The notes under the pieces are model-generated. The model made no database searches and had not been told where the DNA came from. It worked only from the letters and a program-made list of their open reading frames with translations. Below are positions 35,509 through 45,405 of a DNA stretch of 64,000 bases, in pieces (position 1 is the first letter of the stretch; each line of letters starts with the position of its first letter). This stretch comes from an uncultured Cryomorphaceae bacterium (lineage in GTDB: Bacteria; Bacteroidota; Bacteroidia; Flavobacteriales; UBA7430). Location of the stretch: NCBI GenBank assembly GCA_902551855.1, contig CACDER010000001.1:5531-69530 (forward strand), given 5' to 3'. A program made the translations under genes and the position numbers.

Positions 35509-37927
35509 GATAAACCGCTCCATTTTCAGTAAATTTTTTATTAGTTACAGTTGTAAAATTTATTAAGTAGTTGTATGTGTCACTTTTACATTGAATTCCA
35601 TTTCTGTTTTTACCATCCCATCTTGGATTAACTCCATCTTTATCAAAAATTAGCTTACCCCATCTATCAAATATTCTAAGTTGATAATTTTGAATTCCAA
35701 TACAAATTGGTGCAAAAAAATCGTTTTTATTATCATTATTTGGAGTGAAAGAATTAGGCATGAATAAATTATATCCAAAAGAAATATTTATTTTTTTTGA
35801 AATTGAATCTATACATTGATACTCCGAATTTATTGCATACTGAGTAATCTCTATTTCACCAGTTATATCTGGAGTATAAGATGGATTTTCTTCATTCAAA
35901 GTTAAACCTGAGTTGAAGATATAAAATATTGAATCTGAATTTTCTGATTGATTTTCAATTTCTACTGAGACATCAAGAATAAAATCATCTGAATTAAAAG
36001 CAAAATTTGCAATGGGTTTTGGTTGAATTTCAATGTAATTTTCAAAAAAATAAGATTCTGAACATGAAGTACTTAAATCAATAATATTTAAATTTAAATC
36101 GTATTGACCCTCAAAAAATAATATTTCATTGTAATTAAAATTACTAGTCTGACCATTCCCAAAATTCCATTCAAAATTATATTGATTTGAATCTAAATTT
36201 GAACTAATATTAACAATTTGAGGAGAACATCCATATTGATTTGTTAAATTCATTTCAAAGTCTATGGCATCAATAATTTTAATTGAATCAGTTGTATTTC
36301 CTTCACATCCACTGTTGGATATTACAAGTGAAATTATGTGATATCCTTCTGTTAAAAACTGGATATTTGAAGGGTTTTGATCAATTGATTCAAATGTATT
36401 GGAATTATTACCAAAATTCCACAAAAATTCTGAGTTTTCCTCAAAAGTCCCAGATGCTTGAAAGTTAAATGTATTATTTTCAAGGCACTGTATATCATCA
36501 TTTAAAAAAGTGATTTCAGGTAAAATATTATCATTAAAGATGTTAATATTCCCAGTGTGAGTCTCATCGCAACCATTGTATTGTATATTATATGATACTT
36601 CAAAATTTCCAATTCCATCAAATAGTATGTTTGTTGGGTTTACTATTTCTGAATATTGTGGTGAAGCATTGGGTCCAAAATTCCAAATGACATCAGCACC
36701 TGCTGGAGTAATTCCTAGAGCAGTAAAATCAAATAAATTATTACCATCACACTGAGGTGGTGGATCATTAAAAAACGCTGATAGTTCAGTATATAAAGGA
36801 AATGAAATACTATTAGTGTCAGCACATATTGTATTTGGATTTGCAATTAATGTCACATTATATATTCCAGTATCTGGATAAGTGAAACTTGGTTCAAATA
36901 ATTCTGATATATTATTTTCATATCCAAAATCCCAAAGGTATGTTTCTGCATTATAACTATCATTTTCAAAATCTACAGTTAGAGAATTACAATACCAATT
37001 ATTGAGTGGGAAGGAGGCAGTTGTTACATTACAATCCACAACCAAAAATCTAAAATCTCTAATTACTTGATTTAAGAAAATCCCATTTCTAAATTCGCTT
37101 ACCTTTATCCCAATTATGTATAGACCAATCTGATTTGGAGTGCCAGTTATTATTCCAGTTTCAGAATTAATTGAAATAATAGGATCACTATCAATTGGGT
37201 AATTTTCACTGTAACCATCATTCCATGGTATGATATTGAATGGAGGAGGACTTGTTTCAGTGGGATTCATATCATTAGCACCATTTAAAGGTGTTGTGAA
37301 TTCATATACAAGTTCATCACCGTCAATATCTGTGGCTGAATGATTAATGTTAATTTCATCACCTAAACAAAGAGCCAGAGGAGGATAATTAATAAAGTTT
37401 GCACTGCTATTATTATTTAAATTTCCTCCAGGAATATTTACATAAAAAGTAGAACCGAAATCTTCAGGATTTTCAATATTTATAACTGATGGATTTCTAC
37501 AACATCTTTGGTAAGCTATTGTGTATCCTTCATTAGAATTAGGTAGAAAAATATCGAAACTATAAGTCCCCCTTTCTACACATAGATCAGTTGGAAGTTC
37601 TAAACAATCATTACCAACCGTTTCGTTACCTAAATTTATAATATTGGGATTTGATATATCAACTATATCATATATAGAATTATCACCATTGTAAATTGTT
37701 ACTTCTCCAAATGGGTCAAAACTTGTTCCAGAAGTATTGGATGGGCCACAATCAATGTATATTACAAGATTAATTTGGTAAATATTATTTCCTAAATAAT
37801 TGTATGTCATTTCACCTCCAATTAGATGAGTAGCATTTAATTTTAGTGAATTTAAAATTATAAAACTTATACATAAAAGCTTTTTCAAAATATATTTAGT
37901 TTTTAATATTATTATTTTTTTTGACAA
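35498..37927 (-). CDS. T9SS type B (gliding-motility-associated) C-terminal-domain cargo protein with PKD-like repeats
   Basis: 809 aa with a signal peptide. N-terminal THLIGGEMTY module, then four W-x-F-G PKD-like repeats (LWDFGYEN, IWNFGPNA, LWNFGNNS, EWNFGNGQ). C-terminus PNSFTPNNDNKNDFF...RIFDRWGKLIF...WDGKNRNG...GAVYLIR matches the type B sorting domain. Confidence 0.8.
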   Translation of the reverse strand: MSKKIIILKTKYILKKLLCISFIILNSLKLNATHLIGGEMTYNYLGNNIYQINLVIYIDCGPSNTSGTSFDPFGEVTIYNGDNSIYDIVDISNPNIINLGNETVGNDCLELPTDLCVERGTYSFDIFLPNSNEGYTIAYQRCCRNPSVINIENPEDFGSTFYVNIPGGNLNNNSSANFINYPPLALCLGDEININHSATDIDGDELVYEFTTPLNGANDMNPTETSPPPFNIIPWNDGYSENYPIDSDPIISINSETGIITGTPNQIGLYIIGIKVSEFRNGIFLNQVIRDFRFLVVDCNVTTASFPLNNWYCNSLTVDFENDSYNAETYLWDFGYENNISELFEPSFTYPDTGIYNVTLIANPNTICADTNSISFPLYTELSAFFNDPPPQCDGNNLFDFTALGITPAGADVIWNFGPNASPQYSEIVNPTNILFDGIGNFEVSYNIQYNGCDETHTGNINIFNDNILPEITFLNDDIQCLENNTFNFQASGTFEENSEFLWNFGNNSNTFESIDQNPSNIQFLTEGYHIISLVISNSGCEGNTTDSIKIIDAIDFEMNLTNQYGCSPQIVNISSNLDSNQYNFEWNFGNGQTSNFNYNEILFFEGQYDLNLNIIDLSTSCSESYFFENYIEIQPKPIANFAFNSDDFILDVSVEIENQSENSDSIFYIFNSGLTLNEENPSYTPDITGEIEITQYAINSEYQCIDSISKKINISFGYNLFMPNSFTPNNDNKNDFFAPICIGIQNYQLRIFDRWGKLIFDKDGVNPRWDGKNRNGIQCKSDTYNYLINFTTVTNKKFTENGAVYLIR

Positions 37928-38553
37928 ATTAAAATACCATCTCTAATTGGAAGCATTATATTTTCCACTCTTGGATCATTATTTACTTTTTCAGTAAATT
38001 TTTTCAACTCTATTGTAATCTTATCATTTGAGTTAATTTTTTTAATTACTTTTCCTGACCAAAGGAGATTATCAGCGATGATAAGACCTTTTGGATTTAA
38101 TTTATCAATTGTTAAATCAAAATATTTTGAGTAATTTATTTTATCTGCATCAATAAAAACTATATCAAAAAGATAGTCTAATTTAGGAATTACTTTTGTA
38201 GCATCTCCGAAAATTGGTATGATTTTTTTCAATAATTTTAGTTTTGACAAGTTATCTTTAATGAAATATTGCAACTCTTCGTTTATTTCAATTGTGACAA
38301 GTTTTCCATCTGGCTCTAAACCTTCTGATAAACAAACTGCCGAATAGCCAGTATATGTCCCAATATCTAATATATATTTTGGAGAAACTATTTTACTAAT
38401 TAAAGATAATAATCTGCCTTGTAATTTACCAGATATCATCCTTGGATTTAATATTCTTGTATGAGTTAAATGCTCTAATCTATCCAATTCTTTTGATGGG
38501 TTTGTTGTAAATTTATTACAATATTCATCTAATTCTTTTGAAATAAAATTCAT
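37912..38553 (-). CDS. class I SAM-dependent O-methyltransferase (caffeoyl-CoA OMT / TrmR-like family)
   Basis: 213 aa. SAM-binding motif ILDIGTYTGYSA, then FIDADK and DNLLWSG. Confidence 0.8.
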   Translation of the reverse strand: MNFISKELDEYCNKFTTNPSKELDRLEHLTHTRILNPRMISGKLQGRLLSLISKIVSPKYILDIGTYTGYSAVCLSEGLEPDGKLVTIEINEELQYFIKDNLSKLKLLKKIIPIFGDATKVIPKLDYLFDIVFIDADKINYSKYFDLTIDKLNPKGLIIADNLLWSGKVIKKINSNDKITIELKKFTEKVNNDPRVENIMLPIRDGILICQKK

Positions 38554-39783
38554 TTATTTAGTAGATTTTATTATGATAGTAGTTAATTTATTAATATCAA
38601 AAACTTCTTGTGCTAAACATTGTATTTCGTCAGCTGAAATTTTTGAAATTTTATATTTGATTTGCTCTAATGTTTCAACCCTATTGTTAAGAATCATATT
38701 TTTTGCATTACTTTGCATCACATTTGATTTATTTTCGTTGAAAATTGCTAGTTGACCGTATAGTTGATTCCTTGCGGTATTAATTTGTTTTGGTCCCAGT
38801 TTAATTTTTTTCATCTTAATTAATTCACGTTTAATTAAATTTAAAATTTTGTTTAAATATTTGGATTCTGAAGTGAAATATATTCCCCATATACCATAAT
38901 CAGAATATGAATTAAAAAAAGATTCAATATTATACGTAAATCCAAATTTTTCTCTAACTAATAAATTCAATCTTGAATTAATATTTGGCCCACCAAGTAT
39001 ATTATTTAAAAGATTAAAAGTAAGATTATTTTTATTAAAAATATTGGGAGCTATGTTACCAATTATACAATGATTCTGTAATATATTTTTTTTTAAAGTA
39101 ATTTTTTTTGGGATATATTTATATTTTTTCAGTCTAAAATGATTTCTTTTATTTATAGGTACTTTCCCTAGGTATTTTTTTGAAATTTCAACGATCTTTT
39201 TTGGAGATATGTTCCCAACTGAGCTTAAAATTATTTCATTAGTATTATAATTTTTTCTTATAAAGTTTGATATTGTAGCTTTATTAAAATTTTTTATTAA
39301 GTTTTCATTACCCAAAATATTTTGACCTAAGGGGTGATTTTTAAATACAGCATTTTCAAACTCATCAAAAATCATCTCTGAAGGACTGTCTTTGTATGAA
39401 TTTATTTCATCTTCAATTACAATTTTTTCTTTTTCAATCTCTTTTTTTGGAAATGTTGAATTGAATACCATATCTGATAAAATTTCAATTGTTCTATCAT
39501 AATAATCCTTTAAGAAAGTTGCATATATAAAGGTTTCTTCCTTAGCAGTATAAGCATCAATTTCCCCCCCAATTTCTTCCAATCTATTAACAACATAAAA
39601 AGCATTTCTTTTGCTAGTTCCCTTAAATAAGTTATGTTCAATGAAGTGAGAAAGTCCAAGTTCATTTTCTAATTCGTCTCTTGAACCAGAATTTATCATA
39701 ATTCCACAGTATGAAACATCACTTTTAATTTCTTGGTGAATAATTCGTATTTTATTTGACAATTTAAATGTGAAAGCTTTCAT
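38554..39783 (-). CDS. M16 (pitrilysin/insulinase) family zinc peptidase
   Basis: 409 aa. Inverted zinc motif HFIEH within GLSHFIEHNLFKGT, with a downstream Glu region (EIGGEIDAYT). No signal peptide is evident. Confidence 0.85.
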   Translation of the reverse strand: MKAFTFKLSNKIRIIHQEIKSDVSYCGIMINSGSRDELENELGLSHFIEHNLFKGTSKRNAFYVVNRLEEIGGEIDAYTAKEETFIYATFLKDYYDRTIEILSDMVFNSTFPKKEIEKEKIVIEDEINSYKDSPSEMIFDEFENAVFKNHPLGQNILGNENLIKNFNKATISNFIRKNYNTNEIILSSVGNISPKKIVEISKKYLGKVPINKRNHFRLKKYKYIPKKITLKKNILQNHCIIGNIAPNIFNKNNLTFNLLNNILGGPNINSRLNLLVREKFGFTYNIESFFNSYSDYGIWGIYFTSESKYLNKILNLIKRELIKMKKIKLGPKQINTARNQLYGQLAIFNENKSNVMQSNAKNMILNNRVETLEQIKYKISKISADEIQCLAQEVFDINKLTTIIIKSTK

Positions 39784-39851
39784 ATATACAAATATACATA
39801 CTTATTCAGCTAATTAATTTTTAAAAATCATATTTAATTAATCTTATACTT

Positions 39852-39859
39852 TATCTTTG
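39852..39859 (+). promoter_or_regulatory. candidate -7 promoter box (TATCTTTG) for the zinc metalloprotease gene
   Basis: Exact TAnnTTTG match 15 nt upstream of ATG 39875, in the 91-nt divergent intergenic region. Confidence 0.35.
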
Positions 39860-39874
39860 TAAAAAAAATAAATT

Positions 39875-42424
39875 ATGAATTTAATTAAATCACTTTTATT
39901 TGGTTTATTCATTTTTTCTCAATTCACATTGAACTCTCAGGTTTTAAAAAAAAATAAATCTAAAGTTGATGAGAAAATAACCAAAGAAAAGAAAGAAAAA
40001 GATGGTTTTAAAGAAAAAATTAAAGATCTAAAAAAAATAGAGGGGTTATTTAATCTATACAAAGATGAAGAAAAAGGTGATTTATTTATTGAAATAAATG
40101 AGAATCATTTGGATAATGAATTTATTCATTTCAGTTATATAGAAAATGGAATATCTGATTTAGGATACAATAAAGGTAGTTATAGAGGATCCAAAATATT
40201 CAAAATAAAAAAATATTTTAATAAGGTAGAGTTTATTCATCAAAATTCAAGATATTATTATGATGAATCCCATCCAATTTCAAAAAATTCTGATGCAAAT
40301 ATTAATTTTCCAATTATAGCAAGTGAAATTATTTTAGTATCTAATAATGACAGCTCGAAATTTTTACTTGATGCTGGTAAATTATTTTTAAAGGAAAATT
40401 TTAAACAAATTAAAAGGTCAAATCGACCTGGATATAAAGGTTTTTCTCTAGGAAGATTAAATAAAACTAAAACAAAATTTAGGACTATAAAAAATTATCC
40501 TGAAAATACAGATTTAATTATTAATTATTCTTATGATGATTTACTTCCAAAGTATTACGGTAGTTCTTCTGTTACAGATTCTAGGTTTGTTAATATTTTA
40601 GTTCAGCATACTCTAATGAAGTTGCCAGAAAATAATTATCAAACTCGATTTTATGATTCAAGAGTTGGTTTTTTTTCAACTCAAATTAATGATATGATAT
40701 CAAAAAATTCAAATAATCAAATTGATTTAATTAACAGGTGGCATTTAGTTAAAAAAAACCCAAAATTAGAAATTTCGGAACCAATAACTCCTATTATTTT
40801 TTGGATTGAAAACACTACCCCTCACGAATTTAGAGATATAATTAAAGAAGCAGTTGAATCTTGGAATTTGCCTTTTGAAAAAGCTGGATTTAAAAATGCT
40901 ATTAGAGTAAAAATTCAACCTGATAACGCGAAATGGGACGCTGGAGATATAAGATATAATGTATTGAGGTGGACTTCATCGCCTTCGCCACCTTTTGGTG
41001 GATACGGCCCCAGCTTTACAAATCCTAGAACTGGTCAAATTCTCGGAGCAGATATAATGTTAGAATGGGTTTATTTTACCAATAGAATACTGTATGAAAA
41101 TATTTATACTAGTTCTGATATAAAATCTGATGATTATGTAATTAATGATATAATCTCAAACGACCTTTCAGATGATTTAAATATTTGTAAAAATTCAATA
41201 TTTAGTCATCAAAATAATATGTTTGGATTGATTAATTTAAAAACTTTAAAATATCCTGAAATTTTAAGAAAAGATTTAATTAGACAGTCTCTAAAAAGAC
41301 TTGTTTTACATGAAGTGGGTCATACTTTAGGTCTTACTCATAATTTTAAAGGTTCAACTTTACTCTCATATGATGAGATACAGAATAAAGATATTACTTA
41401 TGAAAAAGGGTTGTGTAGTTCAATCATGGAATACCCTTCAATTAATATTACATTAGACCCAGATAATCAAGGTTTATTCTATGATACTATACCTGGAGTA
41501 TATGATAGTTGGGCTATTCAATATGGTTATTCACAAATAAATCAAGTTGAATTAAATAAAATATTAGATAAAAGTACTGATCCAGAATTATCTTACGCAA
41601 ACGATGCAGATGACATGAGATCAACTGGAAAGGGTTCTGATCCAGATGCAATGGTTAACGATTTAACTTCCGATCAAGTTTTATATTCGACTGATAGAAT
41701 AAAATTAATCAATAGGTTATTAAATAATTATTCAAATTATATAGAAGATGGAATGAATTATGAAGAATTATTAAATGCATTCAATATTTTAATGAAAGAG
41801 TACTCTACATCATTGAAAATTATATCCAGACAAATAGGAGGTGTAAAAATTGACAACTCAAAAATTAATCAAAATTCAAGTAATTTGCCTTTTACTCCTG
41901 TAAAGTATGATTTACAGAAAGAAGCTTTTAGTGCTATATCTGAGTTTGGTTTTTCACCAAAAGCGTTTCAGTATAGTCAAAATATGTATAGAATACTAAG
42001 AAAACAAAGAAGGGGATTTAGTACTAACTCAGATCCAAAAATTCATGAAAAAGTTTTATCGATTCAAAGAAGTATTCTAAATCAATTATTAAATTATACA
42101 GTAATTAGAAGAATAGTAAATTCTTCTTTGTATGGAAATAGTTATTCAATTTCTGAATATTTTAATGATCTAACAAATTCAATTTTCCTTGAAGATATCA
42201 ATTCTAAAATAAATAGTTTTAGACAAAATCTTCAATATGAATACTTAAAAAACTTAATAAGAATCTCAAAAATTACCAGTTCAAATTCAAAAATCAAGAC
42301 AAATGTTTACTATCAGTTGAAATTGATTTTAGATTTAATTAATGACTCAAAAACTAATGATATTGACTCAAAAATTCACTTGGATTATCTAAAATTTAAT
42401 ATTGAAAAAGCGTTGGATAAATAA
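39875..42424 (+). CDS. secreted zinc-dependent metalloprotease (DUF5117/DUF4953-type)
   Basis: 849 aa with a signal peptide. Has the HEVGHTLGLTHNF zinc site followed by SIMEYPS, and a large N-terminal beta-rich region typical of this Bacteroidota family. Confidence 0.8.
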   Translation: MNLIKSLLFGLFIFSQFTLNSQVLKKNKSKVDEKITKEKKEKDGFKEKIKDLKKIEGLFNLYKDEEKGDLFIEINENHLDNEFIHFSYIENGISDLGYNKGSYRGSKIFKIKKYFNKVEFIHQNSRYYYDESHPISKNSDANINFPIIASEIILVSNNDSSKFLLDAGKLFLKENFKQIKRSNRPGYKGFSLGRLNKTKTKFRTIKNYPENTDLIINYSYDDLLPKYYGSSSVTDSRFVNILVQHTLMKLPENNYQTRFYDSRVGFFSTQINDMISKNSNNQIDLINRWHLVKKNPKLEISEPITPIIFWIENTTPHEFRDIIKEAVESWNLPFEKAGFKNAIRVKIQPDNAKWDAGDIRYNVLRWTSSPSPPFGGYGPSFTNPRTGQILGADIMLEWVYFTNRILYENIYTSSDIKSDDYVINDIISNDLSDDLNICKNSIFSHQNNMFGLINLKTLKYPEILRKDLIRQSLKRLVLHEVGHTLGLTHNFKGSTLLSYDEIQNKDITYEKGLCSSIMEYPSINITLDPDNQGLFYDTIPGVYDSWAIQYGYSQINQVELNKILDKSTDPELSYANDADDMRSTGKGSDPDAMVNDLTSDQVLYSTDRIKLINRLLNNYSNYIEDGMNYEELLNAFNILMKEYSTSLKIISRQIGGVKIDNSKINQNSSNLPFTPVKYDLQKEAFSAISEFGFSPKAFQYSQNMYRILRKQRRGFSTNSDPKIHEKVLSIQRSILNQLLNYTVIRRIVNSSLYGNSYSISEYFNDLTNSIFLEDINSKINSFRQNLQYEYLKNLIRISKITSSNSKIKTNVYYQLKLILDLINDSKTNDIDSKIHLDYLKFNIEKALDK

Positions 42425-42428
42425 ATTT

Positions 42429-44210
42429 TTAGAAACAATAACTTTCTTCTTGAATTATTTTCTTTGCAATTTTTCTCCTATTTTCTTTGATATTTACTGG
42501 ATTTGATTTTGTAAATCTTTTTAATCCCAACATTAAAATTTTCAATTCATCGTTCTCTGATATAGAGTATATACACTCTTTTGCATTTGATTGGATATAA
42601 TCGATACTAGTTTGAGTAAAGTTTACCGTCATTAAAATATTTTCATTACATAAATCTACACCAAGTTTACTAGAAAGTTTTTCAGTTTTAAGAATTACAG
42701 ACTCTAAAACATAAACTTGAATAATCATATTAGCCAAATTTATCATTATCTCTTGTTCTTCAGCAATTTTTTTTCCAAATTTTTCAACTGATTTTCCTGC
42801 AATTAGTAAAGTTAGTTTTTTTAGATTTTTTAAAATCTTTTTTTCATTTGTTAAGATTGAGTCTCCCTCATTTTTATATTCAGGAACACTCATAAGTTCA
42901 GATAAAATCGACTTAACTGATCCAATCAAGTTTAATTCATTATTCATTGATTTTTTCAATAACATTTTAACTATTAATAGTCTATTTATTTCGTTAGTTC
43001 CTTCATATATTCTTGAAATCCTTGCATCTCTGTAAAACGCTTCAACTTCTGATTCAGCTGAATATCCCATTCCTCCGTGGATTTGTAAGGCTTCATCTGA
43101 AACATAAGCTATGACTTCTGAACTAAATACCTTATTAATTGCACATTCAATAGCATACTCTTCAGCACCTTTAAGTTTTGCTTGCTGATCATTATGTCCA
43201 TTTTTAATAAGTCGACTAATATGATTTTCAATATCTTGTCCAGCTCTGTAATTTGCTGCATCTGAAACATAAGTTTTAGTAGTCATTTCGGCAAGTTTAT
43301 GTTGAATAGCTCCAAATTTTGAAATTTTTTGGTTAAATTGTTTTCTTTCATTGGCATATTTAACTGCGTATTCGATTGCTTTTTTTGAGGCTCCAGTCAC
43401 TGCAACTCCAAGTTTTATTCTACCGACATTTAATGCATTCATTGCAATTTTAAAACCTTCACCTCTTTTTCCTAACATTGAAGTAATAGGAATTTTCATT
43501 TTATTATAGAATACTTGTCTAGTAGACGAAGATCTTAAGCCAAGTTTTTTTTCTTCAGGATTAAGGGTTAGTCCACTGACTTTATTTTTTTCAAATAAGA
43601 AAGCTGTTAAATTTTTATCATTTTCAATCCTTGCAAAAACTATGAATACATGAGCAAAACCGGCATTTGAAATCCAAATCTTTTGACCAGTTATTTCATA
43701 GAATTTTTTGTCAGAAGTAATTTCTGCAACTGTTTTACCCGAATTTGCATCAGATCCAGCATTTGGCTCAGTTAAATTATAGCATGCAATCCATTCACCA
43801 GTTGCTATTTTTGGAAGATAATATTTTTTTTGATCTTCATTCCCATAAAGTAATATTGGTAAAGTTCCAATCCCAGTATGAGCTCCAAATGCGGTAGCAA
43901 CTGAGCCAGTTAAACTTGAAATTTCTTCACATATTAGCATACCAGTATTAAATCCCATTCCAAGTCCCCCATACTTTTCAGGTATATTAATCCCTAAAAG
44001 TCCGAGAGAACCAGCTTTTTTCATCGTTTCTTCAACAAGTGAATATTCTTTCTCTTCAAATTTCATTATTTTTGGTCTAATTTCTTTTTCATTAAAATCT
44101 TTAGTTGAGTTTAACATCATTTTTTGTTCTTCACTAAATTCTTCCCTTATGAATATTTCATTAGACTTAATCTCTTTTATAATGAATTCTCCACCTTTAA
44201 TATATTCCAT
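42429..44210 (-). CDS. fadE: acyl-CoA dehydrogenase (about 594-aa Bacillus FadE type)
   Basis: 593 aa. Motifs YNLTEPNAGSDA, ITGQKIWISN and QIHGGMGY...RDARISRIYEGTNEI, with a C-terminal extension. Confidence 0.85.
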   Translation of the reverse strand: MEYIKGGEFIIKEIKSNEIFIREEFSEEQKMMLNSTKDFNEKEIRPKIMKFEEKEYSLVEETMKKAGSLGLLGINIPEKYGGLGMGFNTGMLICEEISSLTGSVATAFGAHTGIGTLPILLYGNEDQKKYYLPKIATGEWIACYNLTEPNAGSDANSGKTVAEITSDKKFYEITGQKIWISNAGFAHVFIVFARIENDKNLTAFLFEKNKVSGLTLNPEEKKLGLRSSSTRQVFYNKMKIPITSMLGKRGEGFKIAMNALNVGRIKLGVAVTGASKKAIEYAVKYANERKQFNQKISKFGAIQHKLAEMTTKTYVSDAANYRAGQDIENHISRLIKNGHNDQQAKLKGAEEYAIECAINKVFSSEVIAYVSDEALQIHGGMGYSAESEVEAFYRDARISRIYEGTNEINRLLIVKMLLKKSMNNELNLIGSVKSILSELMSVPEYKNEGDSILTNEKKILKNLKKLTLLIAGKSVEKFGKKIAEEQEIMINLANMIIQVYVLESVILKTEKLSSKLGVDLCNENILMTVNFTQTSIDYIQSNAKECIYSISENDELKILMLGLKRFTKSNPVNIKENRRKIAKKIIQEESYCF

Positions 44211-44217
44211 AATTAAT

Positions 44218-45396
44218 TTAATTTAAAAGTTCATAGATCCCAGCTGCACCTTGTCCTGTTCCTACACACATTGTAACCATACCATATCTTAGTTTTCTTT
44301 TTCTCATTTCATCAAATAATTGAATCGATAATTTTGCTCCAGTACATCCAAGTGGGTGACCAAGTGAAATAGCTCCCCCATTTGGGTTAACTAAATCAGG
44401 ATTTAATCCTAATTCTCTTATCACAGCTATTGATTGAGATGCAAATGCTTCATTAAGTTCAATCAGTTCAATTTGATTTAATTTTAAATTAGCTTTTTTC
44501 AATGCATTAGGGACAGCATAAACTGGTCCCATACCCATAATTTTTGGATCTAGACCAGATACATGATAACTTAACAACCTTGCTATAGGCTTTATTTTTA
44601 ATTTTTTCAGCATTTTTTCTGATACTATCAATAAAAAAGCGGCACCATCAGAAGTTTGAGAAGAGTTCCCTGCTGTTACAGTTCCATTTGCTGCAAATAC
44701 AGGTTTAAGTTTTGACAAAACATCTATATTTGTGTCTCTTCTGGGGCCTTCGTCAGTTCTAACTAAATAGGATCTATTTTTCATTTTTTCATTAGAATCA
44801 AGATGTGATTCATTTATCTCAATTGGAACTATTTGATCAAGAAAACTTCCGTTATCAATTGCCTTAATTGCTTTAACATGAGAATTAAGTGCAAATAAAT
44901 CTTGATCTTCTCTCGATATATTATATTTTCTAGCTACTTCCTCAGCAGTATTTCCCATACTCCAATACCAACTTGGATTTGATTTTGAAATATCAGTATT
45001 TGGAACAATTCTCCATCCCCCAAATGGAATAGGAGACATTGATTCAACACCCCCTGCTATAATACAATCTGCCACTCCTGAAATAATTTTTGAGCAAGCA
45101 ATTGAAATAGATTCAATTCCTGAAGAACAGAACCTGTTAATTGTCATCCCAGGAACTTTATCAGTTTTTAGTCCCATTAATGATATTATCCTTGCTATAT
45201 TTAATCCTTGTTCAGCTTCAGGTGTAGCATTTCCAACAATTAGATCATCAATCATTTCTTCATTTAACTCTGGTGTATTTTTAATTAAATGTTTGATAAC
45301 CTGGGCTGATAGCTCATCTGGTCTTATAAACCTGAACATACCTCTATGAGACTTCCCTACTGCAGATCTGTAACCTTTGATAATATATGCATTCAT
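44218..45396 (-). CDS. fadA: acetyl-CoA C-acyltransferase (3-ketoacyl-CoA thiolase)
   Basis: 392 aa. Active-site contexts NRFCSSGIESI, NEAFASQ, GHPLGCTGAK and CVGTGQGAA. Confidence 0.9.
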   Translation of the reverse strand: MNAYIIKGYRSAVGKSHRGMFRFIRPDELSAQVIKHLIKNTPELNEEMIDDLIVGNATPEAEQGLNIARIISLMGLKTDKVPGMTINRFCSSGIESISIACSKIISGVADCIIAGGVESMSPIPFGGWRIVPNTDISKSNPSWYWSMGNTAEEVARKYNISREDQDLFALNSHVKAIKAIDNGSFLDQIVPIEINESHLDSNEKMKNRSYLVRTDEGPRRDTNIDVLSKLKPVFAANGTVTAGNSSQTSDGAAFLLIVSEKMLKKLKIKPIARLLSYHVSGLDPKIMGMGPVYAVPNALKKANLKLNQIELIELNEAFASQSIAVIRELGLNPDLVNPNGGAISLGHPLGCTGAKLSIQLFDEMRKRKLRYGMVTMCVGTGQGAAGIYELLN

Positions 45397-45405
45397 AATA
45401 TTAGT

